Under the pieces are notes generated by a model. The model searched no databases. It had not been told where the DNA came from and saw only the letters and a list, made by a program, of their open reading frames with translations. A stretch of 64,000 bases of DNA from Fusobacteriota bacterium. Its GTDB lineage: Bacteria > Fusobacteriota > Fusobacteriia > Fusobacteriales > JBNJFI01. The position numbers were made by a program, and so were the translations under genes. Of the stretch, positions 1 through 11,363 are shown piece by piece; within the stretch, counting starts at the first letter, position 1; each line of letters begins with the position of its first letter. The stretch spans positions 1 to 64,000 of the forward strand of contig JBNJFI010000003.1 of assembly GCA_051746725.1 (NCBI GenBank), read 5' to 3'.

Positions 1-272
1 AAGATGGAACTTATCCAAGTTATGGAATTACTGGGTCTGGAGAGGATTTTGAAGCAGATGGAACTTTATCAGCTGATTTTCAAGAATATTATTCTCGGGA
101 AACTATGCCAAATACCCCAGATCCACATTCCGGACAGACTGTAACTTCAGCATCATCTATAACTAGTGGTGGTGGTGGATGGATATATCAGGAATCTAAC
201 GGGGAAATCCATGCTAACTTGTTGCCAGAAGATAATTATACCGATGATGACCCTGATTGGGCTACCGAATAA
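1..272 (+). CDS. 3' end of a probable pilin/pseudopilin-like (type II secretion/type IV pilin family) protein, partial; not in the ORF track
   Basis: Open frame from base 3 to TAA at 270-272: DGTYPSYG...SGGGGWIYQESNGEIHANL...WATE*. The GTYP...GGWIY...GEIHAN pattern resembles C-termini of short prepilin-type proteins. The diagnostic N-terminal methylation motif is outside the window. A terminator follows. Confidence 0.5.
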   Translation, partial: DGTYPSYGITGSGEDFEADGTLSADFQEYYSRETMPNTPDPHSGQTVTSASSITSGGGGWIYQESNGEIHANLLPEDNYTDDDPDWATE

Positions 273-307
273 AAAATAATTAATAAAAATAATTTAAAGA
301 AACTAAG

Positions 308-343
308 AAAGTTCTACTTGATATAATCAGGTGGAGCTTTTTT
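308..343 (+). terminator. Rho-independent terminator
   Basis: AAAGTTCTACTTGA-TATAA-TCAGGTGGAGCTTT stem (with G-U pairs) followed by a T run, just after the stop at 272. Confidence 0.75.
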
Positions 344-348
344 ATAAT

Positions 349-376
349 ACAGAGAACAGAGAACAGAGAATAGTGA
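349..376. repeat. Short heptamer tandem repeat (ACAGAGA)x3 plus one degenerate copy
   Basis: ACAGAGA ACAGAGA ACAGAGA ATAGTGA read directly. Confidence 0.7.
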
Positions 377-523
377 AAAAAGAAAAGAGAAAAAGATGAA
401 AAGATATAAAACATTGAGATTCGAAAGTTATTTGGTTATTTTAGGTGGAAATATTTTAAAACCTTGGTTGAATTGTTGGGTAAATTTTTAGAAGAGAAAT
501 AACGAAATCTCTGGGAATAACCC

Positions 524-546
524 GGGCGAAGGCCCTTCGCCCTTAC
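524..546 (-). repeat. REP-like GC-rich palindrome
   Basis: Minus strand reads GTAA-GGGCGAAGG-G-CCTTCGCCC: perfect 9-bp arms in AT-rich intergenic DNA, with a GTAR tetranucleotide foot. Confidence 0.55.
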
Positions 547-636
547 GTTAAGGTTTATCTGTAAACAATAAAAAAAATTGTAATTATAAAGGAAAATTTT
601 CTTTCTTATAATCTTCTACTAAAAAAGGGGGATAAA

Positions 637-843
637 ATGAATATAAATAATTCGCTTTCGGGAATACAGAGAAATTTAAATCAATTTAATACTAGTTCTA
701 ATAGGGCTGCTAATATAAAAAATCGAAATATGTCTAAAGATATTGTAGACAGCAATACTTCTAAAAGAGCAGTACAAGCAAATATAGAAGTCATAAAAAG
801 TAAAGAGGAAATAACAGATTCTCTTTTAGATATCATAGTATAA
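637..843 (+). CDS. Small protein resembling fused N- and C-terminal D0 segments of flagellar rod/hook proteins (Flg_bbr_C-like)
   Basis: SD GGGGGA. N-terminal SLSGI...SNRAANI and C-terminal KRAVQANIEVIKSKEEITDSLLDI match axial-protein termini. Confidence 0.55.
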   Translation: MNINNSLSGIQRNLNQFNTSSNRAANIKNRNMSKDIVDSNTSKRAVQANIEVIKSKEEITDSLLDIIV

Positions 844-903
844 GCAAAGACTCGCTTTGATTAATAAGTAACCTTTGGGTAGCAAAAATAAATCAAAAAA
901 TAT

Positions 904-932
904 TTGACAAACAACTTTTTTGAAGGTATAAT
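904..932 (+). promoter_or_regulatory. sigma70/sigmaA promoter of glpP
   Basis: TTGACA (904-909), 17 bp, TATAAT (927-932): perfect consensus. Confidence 0.85.
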
Positions 933-962
933 ACATTAGACTGTTAAGAAAAGAGGTTATTT

Positions 963-1529
963 ATGGATAACAAGTTTCATTCAAATATAGATAAAAGTCC
1001 AGTGATTGCAGCAGTAAAAAATAAAGAGGGATTAAGTAAAGCTCTCAAATCAAATGTTGAGATAATCTTTTTATTAAATTCTAATATAACTGATTTAAAA
1101 AGTGTAATTCAAGATATAAAAGATGCTAACAAACTTGCTTTTTTGCATTTAGATTTAATTTCTGGACTAGGTAGAGACAAGGCAGCTTTGGAATATATAA
1201 ATAAAAATATTAATATTGATGGAATCATATCAACGAAGAGTTATTTGATAAAAGAGGCAAAAAAATTAGGGATTTATGCTATTCAGAGGTTTTTTATATT
1301 TGATTCCATGTCTTTAAAAAAGGCCGAAAGTATAATAGAATCTGCAAAACCTGATGCAATTGAAATATTACCAGGTGTTATTCCTAAAGTTATTGACTTA
1401 ATTTCAAAAAGAAAAAAGATTCCTATAATTGCAAGTGGATTAATAGACAAAAAAGATGAAATATATGAAGGTATTAGCGCAGGGGCAACTGGAATAAGTA
1501 CAACAAATTATAAAATATGGAATATGTAA
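963..1529 (+). CDS. glpP: Glycerol-3-phosphate-responsive antiterminator
   Basis: SPVIAAV, HLDLISGL, GIISTK, IQRFFIFDS, EILPG, IIASGLI motifs; upstream of glpF-glpK. Confidence 0.93.
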   Translation: MDNKFHSNIDKSPVIAAVKNKEGLSKALKSNVEIIFLLNSNITDLKSVIQDIKDANKLAFLHLDLISGLGRDKAALEYINKNINIDGIISTKSYLIKEAKKLGIYAIQRFFIFDSMSLKKAESIIESAKPDAIEILPGVIPKVIDLISKRKKIPIIASGLIDKKDEIYEGISAGATGISTTNYKIWNM

Positions 1530-1543
1530 AAATTAAATAAAGG

Positions 1544-1603
1544 CAAGAGATGAGAGAAGCCGCATAGAAAACCCTTAATTGGGATTTCTATGCGTATTTT
1601 TTT
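1544..1603 (+). promoter_or_regulatory. GlpP-type attenuator leader: purine-rich antiterminator site plus intrinsic terminator before glpF
   Basis: AAGAGATGAGAGAAGC abuts hairpin CGCATAGAAA-ACCC-TTAATT-GGGA-TTTCTATGCG (1561-1594) and a T tract. Confidence 0.75.
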
Positions 1604-1651
1604 GAATTATAGAAATTTAAAAATTTCTATAAAATTTTAGAGGAGGTTAAT

Positions 1652-3909
<2,258 letters not shown>

Positions 3910-4011
3910 AAATCTGGAAAAAATAAAATCATAAATAAATTTAAACTAAAAAAGTTAATGATGTTTGGAATTAATTATAAAAAATTATTTATAAAAGTAG
4001 AGGAGGAAATT

Positions 4012-5442
4012 ATGTATGATGTAGCGATAATAGGAGGAGGAATTAGTGGAACCACTATTTTTAGAGAATTGACAAAATATAAATTAGATGTAGTTTTAAT
4101 AGATAAAGAAAGCGACATCTCCAATGAAACTACAAAGGCTAATAGTGCAATAATCCATGGAGGATACGATGCAGATGCTGGGTCCTTAATGGCTAAGTTT
4201 AATGCTTTAGGTAATCCAATGTTTAGTAAATTATGTAAAGATCTAGATGTTAATTTTAAAAGGATTGGTTCCCTTGTAGTAGCATTTAGTCAAGAAGAGA
4301 TGGATGGCGAGATCCAAAAATTATATAAAAGAGGAATAAAAAATGGTATTCCTAATATGAAAATAATTAATCAAGATGAACTAAGGAAAATGGAACCCAA
4401 TATAAATTTAGAAGCAAAAGGTGCATTATATTCAGAAACAGCTGGAATAGTTGACCCATGGGGATTGGCTATAGCTTTAGCAGAAAATGGAGTTGTAAAT
4501 GGTGGAGAGGTTAGTTTAAATACAAAAGTAAATAATATTGATAAAAAAGAAGATTCTTTTTTGATATCTACAAATAATAAAACAATAAGATCTAAATATA
4601 TAATTAATGCAGCAGGAGTATATGCAGATAAAATAAATGAAATGCTAAATAAACCTAGTTTTAAAATTAATCCCAAAAGAGGACAATATTATATAATGGA
4701 TAAACAATTAGGAGATTTAGTTAACCATGTGATATTTCAATGTCCAACCAAAAAGGGAAAAGGTGTTTTGGTAGCTCCTACTGTTCATGGGAATTTATTA
4801 ATTGGGCCAGATGCAGAATATGTAGACAAAAAAGATAATGTTGCTACTACTGCTGATAGATTAAAATATGTTAGTCAGACTGCTTTAAAATCATCAAAAA
4901 AGATAGATTACTCAAAAACTATCCGTACATTTGCAGGATTAAGAGCAGAACCTGACAAGGGGGATTTTATTATAGAAGAATCAGAAACTCCTGGTTTTAT
5001 TAATGTAGCTGGAATAAAATCTCCTGGATTATCTTCTGCGCCTGCAATTGCAGAATATGTAGTAGATATATTAAAAGATAAAGATGAAGGATTTGTCAAA
5101 AAAGAAGATTTTAATCCATTTCGAAAACAAATTGAATTTATAGAATTATCTGAGGAAAAGCAAAAAAGGTTAATCAAAAAAGATCCAAAATATGGAAGGG
5201 TAATATGTAGGTGTGAACACATAACTGAAGCAGAAATAATAAATGCAATACAAAGACCTGTGGGAGCTACTACAGTTGATGGGATTAAAAAGAGATGTAG
5301 ACCTGGTTCAGGTAGATGTCAAGCTGGATTTTGCGGACCTCGAATTCAAGAAATTTTAGCCAGAGAATTAGGGAAAGATATGAAAGATATATTAAAGGAT
5401 AATGATGGGTCATATATTTTAACAGAAAGAACTAAAGAATAA
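4012..5442 (+). CDS. FAD-dependent glycerol-3-phosphate dehydrogenase subunit (GlpA/L2HGDH-like) with C-terminal BFD-like [2Fe-2S] domain
   Basis: GGGISG Rossmann motif, TKANSAIIHGG, ICRCE...GRCQAGFC. Start at ATG 4012 behind SD GAGGAGG. glp operon context. Confidence 0.85.
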   Translation: MYDVAIIGGGISGTTIFRELTKYKLDVVLIDKESDISNETTKANSAIIHGGYDADAGSLMAKFNALGNPMFSKLCKDLDVNFKRIGSLVVAFSQEEMDGEIQKLYKRGIKNGIPNMKIINQDELRKMEPNINLEAKGALYSETAGIVDPWGLAIALAENGVVNGGEVSLNTKVNNIDKKEDSFLISTNNKTIRSKYIINAAGVYADKINEMLNKPSFKINPKRGQYYIMDKQLGDLVNHVIFQCPTKKGKGVLVAPTVHGNLLIGPDAEYVDKKDNVATTADRLKYVSQTALKSSKKIDYSKTIRTFAGLRAEPDKGDFIIEESETPGFINVAGIKSPGLSSAPAIAEYVVDILKDKDEGFVKKEDFNPFRKQIEFIELSEEKQKRLIKKDPKYGRVICRCEHITEAEIINAIQRPVGATTVDGIKKRCRPGSGRCQAGFCGPRIQEILARELGKDMKDILKDNDGSYILTERTKE

Positions 5443-5485
5443 GGGGAAATTATATGATAGGATTTCAAAAAAGAAAGGAGAAATC

Positions 5486-6775
5486 ATGAAAAATTATGAT
5501 ATTGTAGTTGTTGGTGGTGGGCCAGCAGGCTTGGCAGCAGCTATAGAGGCAAAAAAAAATGGAGCAGATTCTATTTTAGTATTAGAACGAGATATAGAAT
5601 TAGGCGGGATATTGCAACAGTGTATTCACAATGGTTTTGGATTACATATATTTAAAGAAGAGTTGACAGGTCCAGAATATGCAGAAAGATTTATAAATGA
5701 ATTAAAAGAGATGAATATAAATTATAAATTAGATACAATGGTCCTATCGATAACAGAAAACAAAAAAGTTACAATTATGAACACAAAAGATGGTTTGTCA
5801 AATATAGAAGCTAAGGCTATTATTTTAGCAATGGGGTGTCGAGAAAGAACAAGAGGGGCATTATCTATACCGGGATATAGGCCAGCAGGTGTTTTCACAG
5901 CTGGGACAGCCCAGCGTTTTATAAATATGGAAGGGTATATGACAGGCAAGAAGGTTGTGATACTTGGATCAGGAGATATTGGGCTTATCATGGCTAGACG
6001 GATGGCTCTAGAAGGAGCCGAAGTAAAAGCAGTAGCTGAAATAATGCCTTTTTCAGGGGGATTAACTAGAAATATAGTTCAGTGTCTTCATGATTATGAT
6101 ATCCCATTATTATTAGAACATACAGTCCAAGAAATAAAAGGGAAAAATAGAGTTGAAAGTGTTATAATTTCAAAGGTAGATAAAAAGAGAAACCCAATCC
6201 CTGGAACCCAAAAAGAATATGAATGCGATACTCTTTTATTGTCAGTTGGATTAATTCCAGAAAATGAATTATCTTTAGAAGCTGGCATTAAATTGGATTC
6301 TAAAACATCTGGTCCCATTGTAAATGAATCAATGGAAACTTCAGTAGAGGGAATATTTGCATGTGGGAATGTAGTTCATGTTCATGATCTAGTTGATTTT
6401 GTTACTCAAGAGAGTCAAAGAGCGGGAAAACATGCTGCACGATATGTAGCTGGAGAAATAACAGAAGATACCAGTATTACCAATACAATACCTGGAGCTG
6501 GAATCGGATATATAGTGCCGCATAAATTGAGAATGGAAAATGTAGAAGAAAAATTAAATTTATTAATGAGAGTTGAAAATATTTATTCAGATACTAAAAT
6601 ATTGATAAAAGGTGATGGCGAAATTATAAAGGAAGTCTTTAAAAAACATTTAGCTCCAGGAGAAATGGAAAGTATTATTTTAAGAAGAGAATTAATTGAC
6701 AAAAAAGGATATAAAAATATCTCTGTAGAAGTGGAAAGTGAATTAGAAAATATAGACAAAAAAGAGGTGTTATAA
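5486..6775 (+). CDS. NAD(P)/FAD-dependent pyridine nucleotide-disulfide oxidoreductase, partner of the G3P dehydrogenase
   Basis: GGGPAGLAAA, GGILQQCIHNGFG, LTGPEYA, GSGDIG, GIFACGNV. Confidence 0.85.
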   Translation: MKNYDIVVVGGGPAGLAAAIEAKKNGADSILVLERDIELGGILQQCIHNGFGLHIFKEELTGPEYAERFINELKEMNINYKLDTMVLSITENKKVTIMNTKDGLSNIEAKAIILAMGCRERTRGALSIPGYRPAGVFTAGTAQRFINMEGYMTGKKVVILGSGDIGLIMARRMALEGAEVKAVAEIMPFSGGLTRNIVQCLHDYDIPLLLEHTVQEIKGKNRVESVIISKVDKKRNPIPGTQKEYECDTLLLSVGLIPENELSLEAGIKLDSKTSGPIVNESMETSVEGIFACGNVVHVHDLVDFVTQESQRAGKHAARYVAGEITEDTSITNTIPGAGIGYIVPHKLRMENVEEKLNLLMRVENIYSDTKILIKGDGEIIKEVFKKHLAPGEMESIILRRELIDKKGYKNISVEVESELENIDKKEVL

Positions 6776-6776
6776 A

Positions 6777-7154
6777 ATGAAAAAAGAGATGATCTGTATT
6801 AGTTGTCCAATTGGTTGTAGATTAACAGTAATTTCAGATGAAACGGAGGAATCTGGATATAGAGTAGAAGGTAATATATGTCCCCGTGGAAAAGCATATG
6901 GAATAAAGGAAATGACTAATCCTACTAGGATAATACCCACAACAGTAAAAATAGAAGGAGCTCTTTTACCAAGGTTACCTGTTAAAACAGAACAAGGGGT
7001 ACCTAAAGAAGTTATATTTGATTGTATGGATGAAATAAATAAGGTTGAAGTAGAAGCACCAGTAAAATTAGGAGATATTATAATTAAAAATATTTTAGAT
7101 ACAGGAGTAAATATAGTTGCTACTAGAAGTATGAAAAGAGAAAAAGAAAGTTAA
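6777..7154 (+). CDS. DUF1667 family CxxC metal-binding protein
   Basis: CISCPIGC...GNICPRG; the usual third gene of this dehydrogenase cluster. Confidence 0.85.
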   Translation: MKKEMICISCPIGCRLTVISDETEESGYRVEGNICPRGKAYGIKEMTNPTRIIPTTVKIEGALLPRLPVKTEQGVPKEVIFDCMDEINKVEVEAPVKLGDIIIKNILDTGVNIVATRSMKREKES

Positions 7155-7237
7155 AATATATAAATTATACGTAAAGATTAGATATAAACTTATTATATGG
7201 AAAATTAATATAATAAAAGTTATACGAAACTAAGAAA

Positions 7238-7277
7238 AAAATGGAAGTCAAAAATTATAATTTTTGACTTCCATTTT
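7238..7277. terminator. Bidirectional terminator; perfect 40-bp palindrome
   Basis: AAAATGGAAGTCAAAAATTA|TAATTTTTGACTTCCATTTT between convergent genes. Confidence 0.8.
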
Positions 7278-7301
7278 CAGTATCTATTTAATTTGCTCTA
7301 C

Positions 7302-7589
7302 TCATGCACTCACCTCGATACTATTTCCTTGTAAAAGATTAGTAGCGATAACAGTAGATGCAGATTTTGTGTATTGCTGTGTTTTTTCTAACTTTGTAGC
7401 AAGATTTTTGACTTGATCTTGTAAATTAAAATCAAGTTTACTTTTTCTCGCTTTTTTGGAATCACTTTTTTGAACTTCCACCTTACTTTTTATTACATCT
7501 GTCTCCTCTAACCTTTTTTGAGTCTGCGTTACATTAGTTTGATTACTAGCCAAGCTTGGTCTAGTAATACTTGCTTGAACTAACATCAT
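7302..7589 (-). CDS. Small hypothetical protein (95 aa), probably in the flagellar regulon
   Basis: SD GGAAGGTG before ATG 7589; C-terminal GNSIEVSA; own sigma28-like promoter; ends at the bidirectional terminator. Confidence 0.7.
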   Translation of the reverse strand: MMLVQASITRPSLASNQTNVTQTQKRLEETDVIKSKVEVQKSDSKKARKSKLDFNLQDQVKNLATKLEKTQQYTKSASTVIATNLLQGNSIEVSA

Positions 7590-7597
7590 AATCACCT

Positions 7598-7632
7598 TCC
7601 TTGGATTTTGTTATACAGTCCCTCCTTGGACT
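7598..7632 (-). promoter_or_regulatory. Two putative CsrA/RsmA binding sites in the 5' leader
   Basis: Minus strand AGTCC-AAGGAG-GGACT hairpin with an ARGGAN loop, and a second CAAGGA overlapping the SD. Confidence 0.6.
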
Positions 7633-7651
7633 ATATTCGATCATATAAAGA

Positions 7652-7678
7652 TTATCGTGAGAAAAGGGAAAAACTTTA
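7652..7678 (-). promoter_or_regulatory. sigma28 (FliA/SigD)-type promoter
   Basis: Minus strand TAAAGTTT...: TAAA-N15-CACGATAA versus consensus TAAA-N15-GCCGATAA. Confidence 0.65.
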
Positions 7679-7755
7679 ATTAAAACTTTACATAAAACTG
7701 TAAATTTGATAAAATTTAGTAGTAGAAAATTTAAGTGGGAGGTTTTAAAAATAAA

Positions 7756-8718
7756 ATGGAAGTAGAAGTAATTAATGATAAGGTGTCTAAGTATCAAGGA
7801 ATGATTGATTTAATTAAAAAAGAAATTTCTAAAGCTGTAATTGGACAGGAATATATGATTGATCGTATTTTGATTGGTGCATTTACAGGAGGTCATTTAT
7901 TAATTGAAGGAGTTCCTGGATTGGCAAAATCGTTAACAGTCAATACAATTTCGAAGGTTTTAAATGCAGAGTTTAAAAGAATTCAATTTACTCCAGATTT
8001 ATTACCAGCTGACATATTAGGTACACAGATATATCATCAGAAAACAGGAGATTTTGTTACCAAAAAAGGGCCTCTTTTTAGTAATATTATTTTAGCAGAT
8101 GAGATAAATAGAGCTCCAGCAAAGGTGCAGTCAGCTTTATTAGAAGCTATGCAGGAAAAGCAGATAACAATAGGTGATATTACTTACAAATTAAATTCAC
8201 CTTTTTTGGTATTAGCTACCCAAAATCCACTGGAACAACAAGGGACTTATCCATTGCCAGAAGCTCAGCAAGATAGATTTATGTTAAAACTAAAAGTAGA
8301 TTATCCATCTAGAAAAGAGGAAGAAGATATTATAAACTTATTAACTGAAAATCAAGATGATAATGAAATTGCTAAAGTTTTAGATAAAGAAACAATATTT
8401 GAAATAAGAAAGTTAATAAAAAATATTTATGTAGATGATAAAATCAAAAAATATGTTTTAGATATAATTTTTAAGACTCGAGAAGATTCTCAGTATATAA
8501 ATTGTGGAGCCTCTCCTAGAGCTTCTATAAATTTAATAGTAGCGGCAAAGGGAAGAGCGTTTTTAGAAGGTAGAGGATATGTTACTCCAGATGATATTAA
8601 GGATATAGCATATGATGTATTAAGACATAGAATATTACTAACTTATGAAGCTGAAGCAGAAGAAATAAATAAAGAAGAAATGATATCAAGAATATTAGAA
8701 GATGTTACTTCACCATAA
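7756..8718 (+). CDS. moxR: MoxR-family AAA+ ATPase
   Basis: EGVPGLAKS, RIQFTPDLLPAD, LADEINRAPAKVQSALLEAMQE, ATQNP, GASPRAS. Confidence 0.93.
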   Translation: MEVEVINDKVSKYQGMIDLIKKEISKAVIGQEYMIDRILIGAFTGGHLLIEGVPGLAKSLTVNTISKVLNAEFKRIQFTPDLLPADILGTQIYHQKTGDFVTKKGPLFSNIILADEINRAPAKVQSALLEAMQEKQITIGDITYKLNSPFLVLATQNPLEQQGTYPLPEAQQDRFMLKLKVDYPSRKEEEDIINLLTENQDDNEIAKVLDKETIFEIRKLIKNIYVDDKIKKYVLDIIFKTREDSQYINCGASPRASINLIVAAKGRAFLEGRGYVTPDDIKDIAYDVLRHRILLTYEAEAEEINKEEMISRILEDVTSP

Positions 8719-8755
8719 ATTAATAAAATAATTTTTTTTATAAAAGGGGAGTAAA

Positions 8756-9571
8756 ATGATTTCAAAAGATCTAATAAAAAAAATAAAGAAAATAGAAATA
8801 AAATCCAATAAAATAGCAAACACACTTTTTTCAGGGGAATATCATTCATATTTTAAAGGAAATGGAATGGAATTTGAAGATATAAGAGAATATTATCCAG
8901 GAGATGATATTAGAAATATCGATTGGAATGTTACTGCAAGACAAGGCAAAGCATATGTAAAACAATATAAAGAGGAACGAGAATTAAATATGTTTTTGCT
9001 TGTGGATATATCTAGGTCAAACTTTTTTGGAAACAAGAAAGATATTATAGCCGAAATAGGCGCTACATTGTCATTTTCTGCCATGAAAAATAATGATAAA
9101 ATTGGAAGTATTCTTTTTACAGATAAGATAGATAAAATTATCCCTTCCAAAAAAGGGAAAAAGCATGTATTATCTATTATAGAAAATATTTTAGATTATA
9201 AATCAGAAAATAAAAAAACTGATATACAAAATGCACTAGAATATTTTAACCGAATACAAAAAAAACGAAGCATTGTATTTTTAATATCTGACTTTTTAGA
9301 TTCTGGATATGAAGACCAAATAAAGATGATATCAAAAAAGCATGATTTAGTCTTAATTAGAATAATTGATAGAATGGAAGAAAAATTACCCAAAGGTGCT
9401 ATATTTTCATTTGAAGATTTAGAAACAGGAGAAGAAATTACTATAGAAAATTTAAAAAAGGATAGAACCTTAAATATAAACAAGAATATTCCTTCTAAAA
9501 ATTTGATAACTATATATACTGATGAAGATTATATAAAACCATTAAAGCTCTTTTTTGAAAAGAGAATATAA
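8756..9571 (+). CDS. DUF58 domain protein
   Basis: GMEFEDIREYYPGDDIRNIDWNVTAR, EERE, LISDF; follows moxR. Confidence 0.9.
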   Translation: MISKDLIKKIKKIEIKSNKIANTLFSGEYHSYFKGNGMEFEDIREYYPGDDIRNIDWNVTARQGKAYVKQYKEERELNMFLLVDISRSNFFGNKKDIIAEIGATLSFSAMKNNDKIGSILFTDKIDKIIPSKKGKKHVLSIIENILDYKSENKKTDIQNALEYFNRIQKKRSIVFLISDFLDSGYEDQIKMISKKHDLVLIRIIDRMEEKLPKGAIFSFEDLETGEEITIENLKKDRTLNINKNIPSKNLITIYTDEDYIKPLKLFFEKRI

Positions 9572-9622
9572 ATCATAACAAATTAAATTAATAAATTTAA
9601 TAATTTTAAAGAGGGGAAAACA

Positions 9623-10387
9623 ATGAAAAAAATAATAATAGCTTTATTTGTTTTAATCGGAATCACAATTTTTTCTCAAAAAATATATATTGGGGATTTA
9701 GTTAATTTAAGTATCGAAGGAAAAAACATAACTAAAAATCAAATAGAAGAAAAATTTAAGGGGTTTGAAATAGAAAAATTAGTCAAAAAAGATAATGGAT
9801 ATGAATTATCCATTAGAAGCTTTGAAACAGGAACCCATAATATTTCAATTGGAAATACAGATCTTGAAATTATAGTTGAATCTGTTATAGAGGAAAAAGA
9901 TAAATCAGATCCAAACAAAATATTAGATGTTACAGAAAAAGGTCAAATAGAAATTGATCTTTTAAAATCACCTTTGCCAATAACCTATTTTTTAATAGGA
10001 ATTGCCATTTTTATATTTATGATTATAATACTAATTATATTAAAATTCTGTAAATCAAGGAAACACAATAGGGAATCTTCTTTCCAAAGATTTATAAATC
10101 AAATTAGAAATATTGAATCAGAGGAATATTTTTTTGAATTAACTAAAATATTTAAAGAGTACATATATAACAGATACAAAATAAAAATATCCGGGAAAAC
10201 ATCCAAAGAAATTTTAAAGGAAGTGCCTGGTCAGATTGACAAGGAAAAATTAAAAGCATGGCTTGATTTTGCAGATTTATGTAAATTCGGTGGATTAGTT
10301 CCCACTCCTGAGGAGAAAGAACTATATAAAAATATGCTGGTAGAAATTATACAAAAATCAGAAGAGGAAATATTTGAGGTGGAATAA
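9623..10387 (+). CDS. Membrane protein of the Bat-like operon (signal peptide plus one TM helix)
   Basis: Signal peptide, hydrophobic segment at about aa 120-141, ADLCKFG motif; between DUF58 and VWA genes. Confidence 0.6.
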   Translation: MKKIIIALFVLIGITIFSQKIYIGDLVNLSIEGKNITKNQIEEKFKGFEIEKLVKKDNGYELSIRSFETGTHNISIGNTDLEIIVESVIEEKDKSDPNKILDVTEKGQIEIDLLKSPLPITYFLIGIAIFIFMIIILIILKFCKSRKHNRESSFQRFINQIRNIESEEYFFELTKIFKEYIYNRYKIKISGKTSKEILKEVPGQIDKEKLKAWLDFADLCKFGGLVPTPEEKELYKNMLVEIIQKSEEEIFEVE

Positions 10388-11346
10388 TGTTTGAATTTGC
10401 TAATATATATTTTTTATTGTTAATACCAATAGCGTTATTTATTTTTTTAAGAAAAAGGAAAACAAATAATATAAAATTTTCAAGGATTTCTTTATTTAAA
10501 GATCAAAACATAAAAAAAACCATAAAACATAAAATAGGGCCTTATATTATATTATTAGCTGTTATCTTGTTTATAATAGCTTTGGCTCGTCCAAGAATTT
10601 CAACTAAAAACCAAATCATAGAAAGAGATGGACTTGATATAATAATAAGTATGGATATTTCTAGAAGTATGGAAGCTCAAGATTTTAAACCTAATCGTTT
10701 AGAGGCTGCAAAAAAGGTTGGTATAGATTTTGTGGAAAAAAGAGAAAGTGATAGGATAGGTTTTGTTGTGTTTAGTGGAACAGCTTATACAAAGATACCG
10801 TTGACTTTAGATCATTTAGTATTAAAAGAAACTATATCTAGAGTTAATTTCAATGATGTTTCTAAAAGAGGGACTGCAATTGGAATGGGGATATCTGTTG
10901 CTTTAAATAGATTAAAGGATAGTAAGTCAAAATCTAAAGTGATAATTTTATTAACAGATGGAGAAAATAATACTGGGGAGATAAACCCCATAACCGCAAT
11001 GAATTTAGCAAAAGAATTAGATGTAAAAATATATACTATTGGAGTTGGAGCTGAGACTATAACTCAAAATACTTTCTTCGGGAAACGTGAGGTTAAAAAT
11101 ACTGCCTTAGATGAAGAACTTTTAGAAAAAATATCTAGAGAAACTAAAGGTAAGTATTTTAGAGCAAAAGATTTAAAAAGTCTAGAAGAAATTTTTAATA
11201 ATATTGATAAATTAGAAAAAACAAAAATAGAGGATAAAAGTTTTTATAATTATAATGAGTTATATTACGTTCTAGTAAAAATTGGACTACTTTTATTAAT
11301 TATAGGATTATTTTTTGAAAAAATATTATTTTTAAAAATTCCATAA
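10387..11346 (+). CDS. VWA domain membrane protein, BatA-like
   Basis: LARP, MIDAS DISRSM, NRLEAAK, TAIGMG, ILLTDGENN, YTIGVG. Confidence 0.9.
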   Translation: MFEFANIYFLLLIPIALFIFLRKRKTNNIKFSRISLFKDQNIKKTIKHKIGPYIILLAVILFIIALARPRISTKNQIIERDGLDIIISMDISRSMEAQDFKPNRLEAAKKVGIDFVEKRESDRIGFVVFSGTAYTKIPLTLDHLVLKETISRVNFNDVSKRGTAIGMGISVALNRLKDSKSKSKVIILLTDGENNTGEINPITAMNLAKELDVKIYTIGVGAETITQNTFFGKREVKNTALDEELLEKISRETKGKYFRAKDLKSLEEIFNNIDKLEKTKIEDKSFYNYNELYYVLVKIGLLLLIIGLFFEKILFLKIP

Positions 11347-11363
11347 AATAATAATTATAAAAT

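Noticed and set aside
273..636. Possible CRISPR array or IS remnant in the first intergenic region
   Set aside because: No repeat-spacer periodicity, transposase fragment or terminal inverted repeats; only a heptamer repeat and one palindrome
7561..7797. 78-aa minus-strand ORF
   Set aside because: Overlaps the moxR start, the sigma28 promoter and the small gene's start; no recognisable features
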